The notes below the pieces were generated by a model, which was not told the origin of the DNA, did no database searches, and saw only the letters and a list, made by a program, of their open reading frames with translations. Shown here in pieces: positions 40,918-50,155 of a DNA stretch of 64,000 bases. The translations under genes were made by a program, and so were the position numbers. Position 1 is the first letter of the stretch; each line of letters opens with the position of its first letter. The stretch spans positions 1,184,001-1,248,000 of the forward strand of contig CAWJET010000002.1 of assembly GCA_963842085.1 (NCBI GenBank). The letters are read 5' to 3'. Origin of the DNA: an uncultured delta proteobacterium. Its GTDB lineage: Bacteria > Desulfobacterota > Binatia > Binatales > Binataceae.

Positions 40918-41061
40918 CTAGTCGGAACTTGGAAGCGGTTTGGCTTCCTTGATCTTCATCGCCTGGTCGCAACATTCGAGGCCGCCGTCCCCCGCCTTGT
41001 TGCAGAGCACCTCGGTGCCGCACTTTTCGCACATGTAACGCTTACCGAGCACGTTAGCCAT
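40918..41061 (-). CDS. Desulforedoxin-like small metal-binding protein (47 aa)
   Basis: MANVLGKRYMCEKCGTEVLCNKAGDGGLECCDQAMKIKEAKPLPSSD; CxxC-x15-CC; strong TAAGGAG RBS before ATG 41061. Confidence 0.88.
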   Translation of the reverse strand: MANVLGKRYMCEKCGTEVLCNKAGDGGLECCDQAMKIKEAKPLPSSD

Positions 41062-41128
41062 CGATACACTCCTTAAATCCGGGCGCTTTGGGCCGGCATG
41101 GCAAAACTTAAAGTATCGCTTCAACTCA

Positions 41129-42112
41129 TCAATTCTGCGCGAACGGCAAATCAACCACGGTCGCGGCGCCGTCCTCGCCGACTTTCAGCTCCATCCCGGG
41201 CGTCCATGCGCTGTGATGCAAAATCGCAAGCCCGATCGCGCCCCGGCGCGGCGAGCGCACCGCGCTCGTCACACGGCCGACTTCCTTGCCGGCCAGAGTA
41301 AGCACCGCGCCGACGTACGGCGCGTCCGCAGTACTGAACTTAAGTCCGAACATCCGTCTTTTCAAACCGCCGCGCGCGGTCGCCCGCTCGATCGTCTCCT
41401 GCCCCAGGTAGCATCCCTTGTTGAACGAGATCGCGCCATTGAGGCGCGCCTCGAGCGCGATCGTCTTGTCAGCGGTATCGACGCCGACGAGGGCGACGCC
41501 GTTTTCGACGCGAATGGTTTCGAGCACTGAAGGATCGACGCGGCTTGAACCCGGGGTCTTCGCCAGAATTGAGGCGATCGTTGCGTCGATCGAATCGCGC
41601 GAAGCGATCACTGATGCGGCCGGTCCGCCGTAACGAGGCAGGTTGCCGACGAGCGAGCCCCCGGCCTCGACGCAGCTCCACGGGGCAAGCGAACTGACGC
41701 CTGTCGCGTCCAGCGCGGCGGGTCCCTCGACATCGAGCACGGCGAGGTCAGCGGCATCTTCGAATTCGACATCGTCGGCGACCAGCAATCGCTCGAGATG
41801 CGCGCGCGTGCGCGTCCATGCGTTGGCGTCGATGTCGAGGATGAGCGCGCCGGCGGTCACCCAGATGAAGGCGTCGGCAATCACGTGCGCGTGCTCGGTC
41901 AGAAACAGCGCGGGCAGGATGGCGCCGGGGCGCGCGCCCTTTACGTCGGCGGTACACATCCCGTGGAAGAACGAGGCGCGATCGTCGCCGATCACGCGCA
42001 CAACGATTCGAGCCTCGAGGACGACGACGCCCGCGGCGTGCATGACCGCATCGTAGCCGGAGGAATCGAGCGCGAGCGCGGCCGGACGCTCGGATGTTTC
42101 GAGATGCGCCAC
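41129..42112 (-). CDS. ygfZ: Folate-binding protein YgfZ / GcvT-like
   Basis: KGCYLGQE signature; GDDRASFFHG, VGRVTS. Confidence 0.88.
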   Translation of the reverse strand: MAHLETSERPAALALDSSGYDAVMHAAGVVVLEARIVVRVIGDDRASFFHGMCTADVKGARPGAILPALFLTEHAHVIADAFIWVTAGALILDIDANAWTRTRAHLERLLVADDVEFEDAADLAVLDVEGPAALDATGVSSLAPWSCVEAGGSLVGNLPRYGGPAASVIASRDSIDATIASILAKTPGSSRVDPSVLETIRVENGVALVGVDTADKTIALEARLNGAISFNKGCYLGQETIERATARGGLKRRMFGLKFSTADAPYVGAVLTLAGKEVGRVTSAVRSPRRGAIGLAILHHSAWTPGMELKVGEDGAATVVDLPFAQN

Positions 42113-42282
42113 AACGGGATCAGGATACTAGAAAGTGGCGGCGTTGCGTACTCTGTTCCTCACTTCGGCTGCAGCAAGTTGAGTGATCGGTCTACAAACA
42201 AAATGCAGGCCCTGTAGACTTATAGTTAGGCGGCGGCATAGACCGCCAGGTGAAGCGCTGATAGTGTCTGCACCGCGAACAG

Positions 42283-43284
42283 ATGCTTGCCAGGTTGACA
42301 AGACTTGGGATCGCTTGCGACGCGCCGCCCGCGCAATTGCGGTCAGCCCGCGAGCATTTCGAGCAGCATAACTATCTGCGGTTGCCGGGCTTCGTCGAAT
42401 CTCGCCTGCTCCGGTTGATTCAGCGTCACCTGCGCAGCGCCGGGTTCGAGGAAAGAACCCATAGCGTCGGACGCGAGCTCACGCTTTCGGACAGACCGCT
42501 GGCCAATGTCTTTCACGTCCTGATGAACGATCCAAAGCTGTTCCGTCTGATTCGGCAGGTCACCGGATGCGGGCGCATCGGATGCTTCACGGGCCGGCTC
42601 TACCAGATGGTCGCGCGCCAGGGACAGGACTTCCACTGGCACAATGATCTGCTGGACGATCGGAAGGTCGCGATCTCGGTCAACTTGAGTGACGCGCCGT
42701 ATCGTGGCGGTACTCTGCAGATTCGCGACACCTCCAGCCGCGCGCGCGAGGTAGTTCCGAACCTTGGTTTCGGCGACGCGATCATTTTCCGCGTTGCCGG
42801 GCATCTCGTGCACCGCGTCACTCCGGTCACGGGAAAGTTTCCGAAGACCGCTCTTACCGGATGGTTCCGCGCCCGACCCAGGCACACGTCAGTGCATCAG
42901 GATTTGATCGCCCGGTCCGAAGCTGCGATCGCCAGCCAAGCCATCCGCCGGCAGCGGAGTCTCGCGATGCCCTCGCGGGACGACGTCGCGAAGATCCCAC
43001 CTGATGTCGTATCGCAAAGCTCGGGGCGCGAGACCTTCGTGGCCAGCATCGGCAGGTCGATGTGCTATGGCTTGAATGAGACCGGCGTTCGGATTTGGCA
43101 GCTTATGGCCCAGGGCCACGCTATGCGCTCGATCTCGGCCGCCCTCGCGCGCGAATACGAAGCCCCACGCCGGGAAGTCGAACGCGACGTTTTGGCACTG
43201 GCCTATCAGCTCGCGCAGCGGGACCTGGTCAAGGTAGTTCGCGCCACCAACTCGCGACGCGTCCGCGAAGCCGTCATGGCGTAG
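42283..43284 (+). CDS. 2OG-Fe(II) oxygenase fused to C-terminal PqqD/RiPP recognition element
   Basis: WHND (HxD), GGTLQ, GDAIIF, HRVTPV, TGWF; C-terminal YGLNETGVRIWQLM...LAREYEAPRREVERDVLALAYQLAQRDLV. Confidence 0.82.
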   Translation: MLARLTRLGIACDAPPAQLRSAREHFEQHNYLRLPGFVESRLLRLIQRHLRSAGFEERTHSVGRELTLSDRPLANVFHVLMNDPKLFRLIRQVTGCGRIGCFTGRLYQMVARQGQDFHWHNDLLDDRKVAISVNLSDAPYRGGTLQIRDTSSRAREVVPNLGFGDAIIFRVAGHLVHRVTPVTGKFPKTALTGWFRARPRHTSVHQDLIARSEAAIASQAIRRQRSLAMPSRDDVAKIPPDVVSQSSGRETFVASIGRSMCYGLNETGVRIWQLMAQGHAMRSISAALAREYEAPRREVERDVLALAYQLAQRDLVKVVRATNSRRVREAVMA

Positions 43285-43326
43285 GTCGCCACGGATCGTA
43301 GCTTCCGAAACTCCAGATTTGGCCCT

Positions 43327-44244
43327 CTAAGTCTCGCCATCGACGCGGCCGTGCGTGAGATATCCCGAGCCCATCGTCCCGAATTTGCGCTCGCGCGCGC
43401 GGCGCAACTCCGCCGGTTTCAGCTTGACCAACCGCTTGAGATGCCGCGCCAGCACCGCGCCGATCAGATGCGCCGCTTCGGCCGGCGCGGTGTGCGCTCC
43501 GCCTGCAGGCTCGGGCACGATCTCGTCGATCAGTCCCAGCTCGAGCAAGTCGGGCGCAGACAGTTTCAGCGCCGATGCCGCCGCGGCAACGTTCTCCTCG
43601 CCGCCCGCGCGCCACAAAATCGCCGCGCATCCTTCCGGCGTGATCACCGAGTAGCACGCGTTCTCCTGCATCAGCACCACGTTCGCAACTCCCAGCGCGA
43701 GCGCGCCGCCCGAGCCGCCCTCGCCGATCACGCACGTGACGATCGGCACCGTCAGCCGCGCCATCAGCTCCAGGTTGCGCGCGATCGCCTCGATCTGCCC
43801 GCGCTCCTCCGCGCCGACGCCCGACTCTGCCCCCTGCGTGTCGATCAGCGTGATTATCGGCAACCTGAACCGCTCCGCCAGTTCGTAAAGCCGCGTCGCC
43901 TTGCGATAGCCCTCGGGCAGCGGCTTGCCGAAGTTGCGCTTGATTCTCTCGGTGGTCGAGCGGCCGCGCTGATGCCCGACCACGGCCACCGCGCGGGGTC
44001 CGAAATAGGCGAGCCCCGCCACGATCGCGCCGTCGTCGGCGAAGCACCGGTCGCCATGGATCTCAATAAAGTCGCGCATCAGCAGGTCGATGTAGTCGAG
44101 CGTCTGCGGCCGATTGGGATGCCGTGCAAGGCGCACGCGTTCGATCGCGCTGCGCGGCTCCGGCCCCGGCGCCTCGACGGTCGCGATTTCGTTGCCGCGA
44201 TTTTTCGCGCCGCGCGCCTTATGTCCGTTCGAATTGTCTTTCAA
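43327..44244 (-). CDS. accA: Acetyl-CoA carboxylase carboxyltransferase alpha subunit
   Basis: VRLARHPNRP, HGDR..DD, PEGYRKA, GEGGSGGAL, YSVITPEGCAAILW, EPAGGAH. Confidence 0.9.
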   Translation of the reverse strand: MKDNSNGHKARGAKNRGNEIATVEAPGPEPRSAIERVRLARHPNRPQTLDYIDLLMRDFIEIHGDRCFADDGAIVAGLAYFGPRAVAVVGHQRGRSTTERIKRNFGKPLPEGYRKATRLYELAERFRLPIITLIDTQGAESGVGAEERGQIEAIARNLELMARLTVPIVTCVIGEGGSGGALALGVANVVLMQENACYSVITPEGCAAILWRAGGEENVAAAASALKLSAPDLLELGLIDEIVPEPAGGAHTAPAEAAHLIGAVLARHLKRLVKLKPAELRRARERKFGTMGSGYLTHGRVDGET

Positions 44245-45221
44245 TCTGATCCGCGCCCACTGGTTGCAAAAAATTTCTCGAACAACGCAAAAGCATCCTG
44301 AGCGCCGCGCTCCGGGTCAAGCCACACGATCTCGGGCTCGCGGCGAAACCACGTCAGCTGACGCTTGGCCAGCCGCCGCGATTCCTGCTTGGCTTGCGCA
44401 ATCGCCTCGTCCAGCGCGACCTCGCCGCGCAGATACGCCGCCATCTGCTTGTATCCGATCGTACTAAGCGGCGGCTTCTCCGGCGAGTATCCAGCCTCCA
44501 CCAGCGCGCGCACCTCCGCGACCAGCCCGGCCGCGACCATCTGGTCGAAGCGCCGGTCGATCGCTTCGTAGAGCTTTTTCCGCTCGACCTCGACGCCCAC
44601 CGTCAGAGTGTGATAGCCGGCGTCAGCGAACCGATGCCGCCGCTGATGCGCCGAGATTGTTTCGCCGGTCAACTCGAAGACTTCCAACGCCCGCGCGATT
44701 CGGTACAGATCGTTGACGCCGATTCGGTTCGCCGCCTCGGGATCGATCTCGCGCAATCGCTGATGCAGCTGCGGGACGCCCTGCTCCGCCGCGATTTTCG
44801 CCAGTCGAGCGCGAATTTCCGCCGATGCGGCCGGGCCGCGAAAGATCCCGCCGCGGATCACGCGCAGATAAAGTCCGCTACCGCCGACCACCAGCGGATT
44901 TCGCCTCCGTGCCGCGATTCCTTCGATCGCCGCACGCGCAAGCTCGGCGAACTCCGCCACGTCGAGCGGCCGGTCAGGATCGCGCACGTCTATAAGATGA
45001 TGCGGCACGCGCCGGCGGTCCTCGGCGGACGGTTTCGCCGTGCCGAGATCCATCCCGCGATAAAACTGCCGCGAGTCGGCGTTGATTATCTCGCAGTTCA
45101 AGCGCTCCGCCACCGCCATGGCGAGCGCGGACTTGCCCGCCCCCGTCGGCCCGACTATGAAACCGACCGCGATCATAGCCGGTCGTACCGCCTCGCTTGT
45201 CTGCGCCGGCGAAAAACTCAT
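44241..45221 (-). CDS. miaA: tRNA dimethylallyltransferase
   Basis: GPTGAGKS, DSRQFYRGMDLGTAKP, GGSGLY, AKRQLTWF. Confidence 0.96.
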   Translation of the reverse strand: MSFSPAQTSEAVRPAMIAVGFIVGPTGAGKSALAMAVAERLNCEIINADSRQFYRGMDLGTAKPSAEDRRRVPHHLIDVRDPDRPLDVAEFAELARAAIEGIAARRRNPLVVGGSGLYLRVIRGGIFRGPAASAEIRARLAKIAAEQGVPQLHQRLREIDPEAANRIGVNDLYRIARALEVFELTGETISAHQRRHRFADAGYHTLTVGVEVERKKLYEAIDRRFDQMVAAGLVAEVRALVEAGYSPEKPPLSTIGYKQMAAYLRGEVALDEAIAQAKQESRRLAKRQLTWFRREPEIVWLDPERGAQDAFALFEKFFATSGRGSD

Positions 45222-47056
45222 CGACGAAACATTCGTTCGATTTGCCCGCGTCCGAACTGAATATGCACCGGGCGTCCGTGCGGGCAGTTGGTCTTGAACT
45301 CGGTGCGATCAAGTTCCGCGAGCAGCGAATGGATTTCCGCCGAATCGAGCACGCGCCCGACGCGAACCGAGCCGTGACACGCGAGCTGCTTCAGCCAGTT
45401 CTCGAATGCGGCCTCCCCGCCGCCGCGAAAGCCGGTCTCGCCCATGCTCTCGATCATATCGCCGAGCAGCTTCGCGCCACCCTCCGGCCCGAACACCGCC
45501 GGCGCGCCCTTGAGCAGCAGGGTAGTCGGCCCGAACGGCTCGACGTCGAAGCCCATCGCGCGTATTTCAGTGAGAGCGGCATGTACCATGGTGGAGCGTG
45601 CGGGGTTCAGCTCGACGGGCACCGGCGCGAGCATCGCCTGAGTGCGAATCCCGCCGTCGCGGAGTTCGCGGCGCAGCTTTTCGAACGTAACGCGCTCGTG
45701 CGCCGCGTGCTGATCGATCAGGAGCAAGCCCTCCTCGGTCTCGAGCGCGATATAGCCGGCGAAGATTTGCCCGATCACGCGGAGCTGCGAGTACATCGGG
45801 ATTGGCGCCGGCGGATGCGCGGCCGTCGCGGCGCCGCCGGGGCGCGCGTCGCGATCGTAGGCGAGGGTCAGCGAGCGTTGAAACGCGGCGGGACCGGGCG
45901 CATCGGGCACGAGCCGCAGTGGAGCGTCGCCGCGCGCAGTCGGAGCCGATTGGCCGGCGCGAGCATCCTCGGCACTCGGCGACATCGTGATTAGTCCCAT
46001 CGCGGTGTCATCGGCGGACTGAGTCGGGGACTCGGCAAGACTTGCAGCGGGCGTGTTTTCGGTCTGGTCCGCCAGCCGATCGCGAATCGCATGATAGACC
46101 GCGTCAAAAACCGCGCCGCCGTTGCGAAACCGCACTTCGGTCTTCATCGGATGCACGTTCACATCAACATCTTCGGGGCGCATATCGACGAACAGCAACG
46201 CCGCCGGATGGCGTCCGCGCGGGATCAGCGTCTGGTAGGCCTGCTCGATCGCGCGAATCAGCATCCGGTCGCGCACCGAGCGGCCGTTGACGAACGTGAA
46301 GATCATCCTGCCGGTGGCGAACGACTCCTGGCTGGATGCGGCCAGACCTTGTGCGCGAATGCCGGGACGATCGAGGTCAAACGCGAGCATTTTAGTCGCG
46401 ATTTTGGGACCGAACACCTGGCGGAATCGTTCGAGCACGGAGTTGGCGCGCGGCAAATCGAAGACGGTGCGGCCGTCGGCAGTCAGGCGGAAAGCGATGT
46501 GATGATTTGCGAGCGCGACGCGCTGGAACGCCTCGGCGATTGCACCCTGCTCGGTCGCCAGCGTTTTCAGGAACTTGAGCCGCGCCGGAGTGTTGAAGAA
46601 CAGTTGCCGGACCTCGATTCGCGTGCCCGCTGCCATCGCGCACGTGCGGGTATCCTCGATATTGGCGGCCTCGGCTGCGACCTCGACGCCGTGTTCGTCG
46701 GCGGCGCGGCGCGTTTGCATCCGAAGATGCGACACGCTCGCAATCGAAGCGAGCGCCTCGCCGCGAAACCCGAGCGTACGAATCGCGCTCAGGTCGGCGG
46801 CGCTTCGAATCTTCGAGGTTGCATGACGCCGGAGCGAAAGGATCGCGTCGGCGCGCGTCATGCCGCAGCCGTCGTCGGCGACCGCGATCAGCGCCGACCC
46901 GCCGCCCAGAATTTCCACGCTGACCGAGCGCGCACCCGCGTCGAGCGAGTTCTCGACCAGCTCCTTGACGGCAGAGGCGGGTCGCTCGACGACTTCGCCC
47001 GCCGCGATCTGGCTGGCGACTTGCTCGGGCAGGATGTGGACTATGTGTTCGGACAT
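45218..47056 (-). CDS. mutL: DNA mismatch repair protein MutL
   Basis: QIAAGEVVERPAS, GFRGEAL, DVNVHP, endonuclease DQHAAHER, CPHGRP. Confidence 0.97.
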   Translation of the reverse strand: MSEHIVHILPEQVASQIAAGEVVERPASAVKELVENSLDAGARSVSVEILGGGSALIAVADDGCGMTRADAILSLRRHATSKIRSAADLSAIRTLGFRGEALASIASVSHLRMQTRRAADEHGVEVAAEAANIEDTRTCAMAAGTRIEVRQLFFNTPARLKFLKTLATEQGAIAEAFQRVALANHHIAFRLTADGRTVFDLPRANSVLERFRQVFGPKIATKMLAFDLDRPGIRAQGLAASSQESFATGRMIFTFVNGRSVRDRMLIRAIEQAYQTLIPRGRHPAALLFVDMRPEDVDVNVHPMKTEVRFRNGGAVFDAVYHAIRDRLADQTENTPAASLAESPTQSADDTAMGLITMSPSAEDARAGQSAPTARGDAPLRLVPDAPGPAAFQRSLTLAYDRDARPGGAATAAHPPAPIPMYSQLRVIGQIFAGYIALETEEGLLLIDQHAAHERVTFEKLRRELRDGGIRTQAMLAPVPVELNPARSTMVHAALTEIRAMGFDVEPFGPTTLLLKGAPAVFGPEGGAKLLGDMIESMGETGFRGGGEAAFENWLKQLACHGSVRVGRVLDSAEIHSLLAELDRTEFKTNCPHGRPVHIQFGRGQIERMFRR

Positions 47057-47216
47057 AATCAACTAGACAGTGTAGCTTTTGGACTGGTTAGCTGGATACA
47101 CAAGCAACTCGCCGCGGGCCGTGTCAAAAACCGGGGGCTTGCTGTTGCACGGGTTGAAGATTGCGGCGGGTTTTGAAAAGCTCTCGGCGCGGCGCGCTGG
47201 CCGCAACCATCAAGCG

Positions 47217-48452
47217 ATGAGAAAAATGACGGTAATGCTGCTCGGCGCGGCAATCATTGTGGCCGCGGCCGCGGCGGGTGCGTGCGCGGCGCCGATCAAA
47301 ATTGGAGTCGGCGTGATCGGACCGATCTCGGCGCAAACCGAGGCCGATATCGACGAAGTCGTCGGCAAGCTGCCGAACGTGAAGGCAGTGCCGATTCAGC
47401 CCCCCGGCGGGGTCGATGCGTGCGTCAGGCGATTTGTCGCGGGCGATCCGGACGATCGGCTTGATGCGGTGATGGTCGTGAGCCTACCGCCCGAATCGTT
47501 TCAATCGCAGCGCGACTCGAACGAGGCCAAGTTTACCGGCGCCTACGAGATCTGGACGCTGAATCTCTCGACGCTGACCGAGGACCGGCATCGCTTCACC
47601 TTCACCGACAGCGAGCCGGTGATAGGCGGTGCGTCGGCGTTCCTCGCGCTGCCGGCGCAGGTGTTCGCCGAGCGCGCGACCGGCAAGAAACTAATCTCGA
47701 GCGACCAATGGCAGGCGTTCGAGGCGGTGCAGACGCGGGTCGAGGCCAAGCTGGTCGCGGCGACCAAGCTCTACCTGGCGACCGCGCCGATCCGCGATAC
47801 CGCGCCGCTCGTTCCGCTCGACACGGCGAAAGCCCTGCTCGATCGCGGCGACGGCGAGGACGCGATGGCGGTGTTCAAGTCGGCGGGGCTCAACAATCCC
47901 GAAGTTCAGCGGATGATCGCGAACGCGCAGGGCCAGTTGCGGCGCAGTGCGGCGAATGCGCTGCTGGGACGCACGCTCGGAGCGATGGCGGGCGGGAACG
48001 CGGGCGAGGCGCGCATAATCCTGGCCGACTACGAGAAGGCGCCGTCGGCCGAGAGCTCGCGCGCGAATTCGATTCGGCGGGTGCTGGCGTACGTGCCCGA
48101 CCGTCACACCGAATCGACCTATGACGGCGTGATCAAGAACGACGTGCCAATGCTCGATCACGCGGCGTTCGTTGCGATGATCAAGCAGCTCTTCAGCGAG
48201 CAGACCGGCACTATCCCCAACGAAGTGATCGTTGCCGCCAAGGACCTGACGGTCGAGGACAAGGACGCGCCGCAGGGGCTCAAGATACAGCTCGACAGCT
48301 ATGCGGGCGCGCTCGGGCGCAGCGCGTGGCTGATGAGCCTCAAGTGCGGATGCGACGCGGGCGCGGTGCTGACGGGAGAAGCGGCGGGCGAGGCGCTGCT
48401 GAAGGCGAAGTATTCACCCTCTTTCAAGCGGCCGCAGGTCGGGCTACCCTAG
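47217..48452 (+). CDS. Hypothetical secreted protein
   Basis: Long ORF with host-like codon usage; signal peptide MRKMTVMLLGAAIIVAAAAAGA. Confidence 0.65.
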   Translation: MRKMTVMLLGAAIIVAAAAAGACAAPIKIGVGVIGPISAQTEADIDEVVGKLPNVKAVPIQPPGGVDACVRRFVAGDPDDRLDAVMVVSLPPESFQSQRDSNEAKFTGAYEIWTLNLSTLTEDRHRFTFTDSEPVIGGASAFLALPAQVFAERATGKKLISSDQWQAFEAVQTRVEAKLVAATKLYLATAPIRDTAPLVPLDTAKALLDRGDGEDAMAVFKSAGLNNPEVQRMIANAQGQLRRSAANALLGRTLGAMAGGNAGEARIILADYEKAPSAESSRANSIRRVLAYVPDRHTESTYDGVIKNDVPMLDHAAFVAMIKQLFSEQTGTIPNEVIVAAKDLTVEDKDAPQGLKIQLDSYAGALGRSAWLMSLKCGCDAGAVLTGEAAGEALLKAKYSPSFKRPQVGLP

Positions 48453-48482
48453 CATGATCATCCAGGTTCAAACGGAAGACTC

Positions 48483-48671
48483 ATGAGACATTGCGCCTAT
48501 TGCAAGAAGCAGCCGTCAGTCGGCAACAACGTCAGTCACGCCAACAACAAAACCAAGCGGCGCTGGAATCCCAACCTGCAGGAAGTGCGCGCGGAGATAA
48601 ACGGCAACGTGCGGCGAATCCTGGTCTGCACGCGATGCATTCGCGCGGGCAAGGTCAGGAAGAGCGCCTGA
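48483..48671 (+). CDS. rpmB: 50S ribosomal protein L28 (Zn-binding form)
   Basis: [31 protein letters not shown]. Confidence 0.96.
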   Translation: MRHCAYCKKQPSVGNNVSHANNKTKRRWNPNLQEVRAEINGNVRRILVCTRCIRAGKVRKSA

Positions 48672-48689
48672 CAGGACGCCCCCGATTTC

Positions 48690-49040
48690 TCACAACAACG
48701 CTTCGAGCTTTTCCGGCGGACGCGCGATGATCGCACGCTTGCCGCGAATAACGATCGGGCGCTGCATCAGCTCGGGATGCACGAGCAGGAGCGCGACCAC
48801 CGCCTTCTTGTCGGCGTAGTCGGCGGGATTCAAGCCGAGTTCCTTGAAGCGCTTGTCTTTGCGGACCAGGTCGGCGACGGGGGCGTCGAGCAGGGCGACG
48901 ATTTTCTCCAGTCGCTCGCGAGTCGGATGGTCTTTGAGATATTCGATGATGTCGAACTCGACATCGCGCGCGCGAAGCATTTCGAGCGCGCCGCGCGAGT
49001 TCCCTCATCCGGGATTGTGATACAGCGTTATGCGTTCCAT
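48690..49040 (-). CDS. arsC: ArsC/Spx-family arsenate reductase, selenocysteine-containing
   Basis: GAGG RBS, ATG 49040: MERITLYHNPG-UGA-GNSRGALEML continues in frame into the 48690-48980 ORF (EYLK, HPELMQRPIV, ARPPE); UGA sits at the catalytic Cys of HNPxCxxSR. Confidence 0.88.
48954..49002 (-). promoter_or_regulatory. Putative bacterial SECIS hairpin
   Basis: Immediately 3' of the UGA: GAACTCG...CGCG..CGAA-AUGC-UUCG-CGCG...CGAGUUC stem-loop; apical loop about 24 nt after the UGA. Confidence 0.6.
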
Positions 49041-49166
49041 CGTTTCCTCGATAAAGCATTAGCTCCGATGCCGGACTGTATCGACTCTGCCACGTGCGGG
49101 CTTTGATGGGAATGCCTTGAGCGGCTACAATGCAGCCGGCGCGAAGCCTATTGCCATGGAGTCGTC

Positions 49167-49769
49167 GTGAAGAACATTTCCAATCGCAAGTGGGGCCGCA
49201 ATTTCAGTTTAGCGGCGGCAGCTCTATCAGTGGCAGTCGCCGCGGGCCTGGCGGCCGGGGCGCGAATTGCCGGCGCGGCAAACGTCAGTGGCACTATGAC
49301 GTACCGCAACGGCAAGCCGGCGGAGCGCCGCCAGCTCCATTACGAGAACCGCGTCACCAGCGATATCTACGTCGCGCCGACCAAGCCCGACGGCTCGTTC
49401 ACGGCGGACCTGCCGCCGGGGCTGTACGATCTTCGCGCCGAACGCGGTGTCATTCTCGCCAGCAAGATTCGCGTTGACAACGAAGACGTGAACATCGGGC
49501 ATATCGTCGAGCCGGCACCGCTGGATGTGCGCCGCCCGTTCGAGCATGAAGGAGTGGCGGAGGCGCTCGTCGAGAGCCCGGCGCCCGCAACCGCGAACGT
49601 CGTGTCAGGACGTCCACTCGAGGCAATGAAATACGGGCACGAGGCGGTTGCTCCGTTCGGCGCTCCGGTCGGGACGCCGGCACCGGAGAATACCCCGCTT
49701 GGCGAGGCTACGCCGGTGGCGGCAGCATCGCCGTCGGCGATGGAATCGCCACTTTCCGGCGGATACTGA
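49167..49769 (+). CDS. Secreted protein with carboxypeptidase-regulatory-like (prealbumin-fold) domain
   Basis: Signal peptide; VSGTMTYRNGKPA...DGSFTADLPPGLYDLRA. Confidence 0.7.
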   Translation: MKNISNRKWGRNFSLAAAALSVAVAAGLAAGARIAGAANVSGTMTYRNGKPAERRQLHYENRVTSDIYVAPTKPDGSFTADLPPGLYDLRAERGVILASKIRVDNEDVNIGHIVEPAPLDVRRPFEHEGVAEALVESPAPATANVVSGRPLEAMKYGHEAVAPFGAPVGTPAPENTPLGEATPVAAASPSAMESPLSGGY

Positions 49770-50155
49770 GAGGTCCGGAGCTTTGGCTCGGACTCGTTTG
49801 TGAGGAACGGGACCCGAATCTGTGCCCATCCCGATTACGCTTGCGGCCCTTATGTTGATTTCCCCAGTCCTTCGCATCGCCGCTGCTTTTGGATTTCTTG
49901 GTAGGCAGAACCAGCCAGAGCCGCGGGAATGCGGACATGCCTTCCGGCAGTTAGCGCCGAATTGAGATCCGAGCGCGAACGGCCGCGCGCTACGTCGGTG
50001 GCAATGTTGAACCTGCTCGAGGTGTCCGGCATCGCGATGCAGCTGACAAACTCGCTCAATCGATTAAGGCGTGGAGTGTCGTGGCGCAAGCCTCGAATGC
50101 AGCAGGCAAAAGTGAATCAAAGACCCGACGCCACTAACTTGCCACCGGGATACCT

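Noticed and set aside
42113-42282. Precursor peptide for the oxygenase-RRE fusion in the upstream spacer
   Set aside because: Only trivial ORFs with no RBS or leader-like sequence were found.
49770-50155. Possible tmRNA/tRNA integration site at the island border
   Set aside because: No tRNA-like acceptor or T-arm and no tag-peptide frame recognised; ORFs here look spurious.
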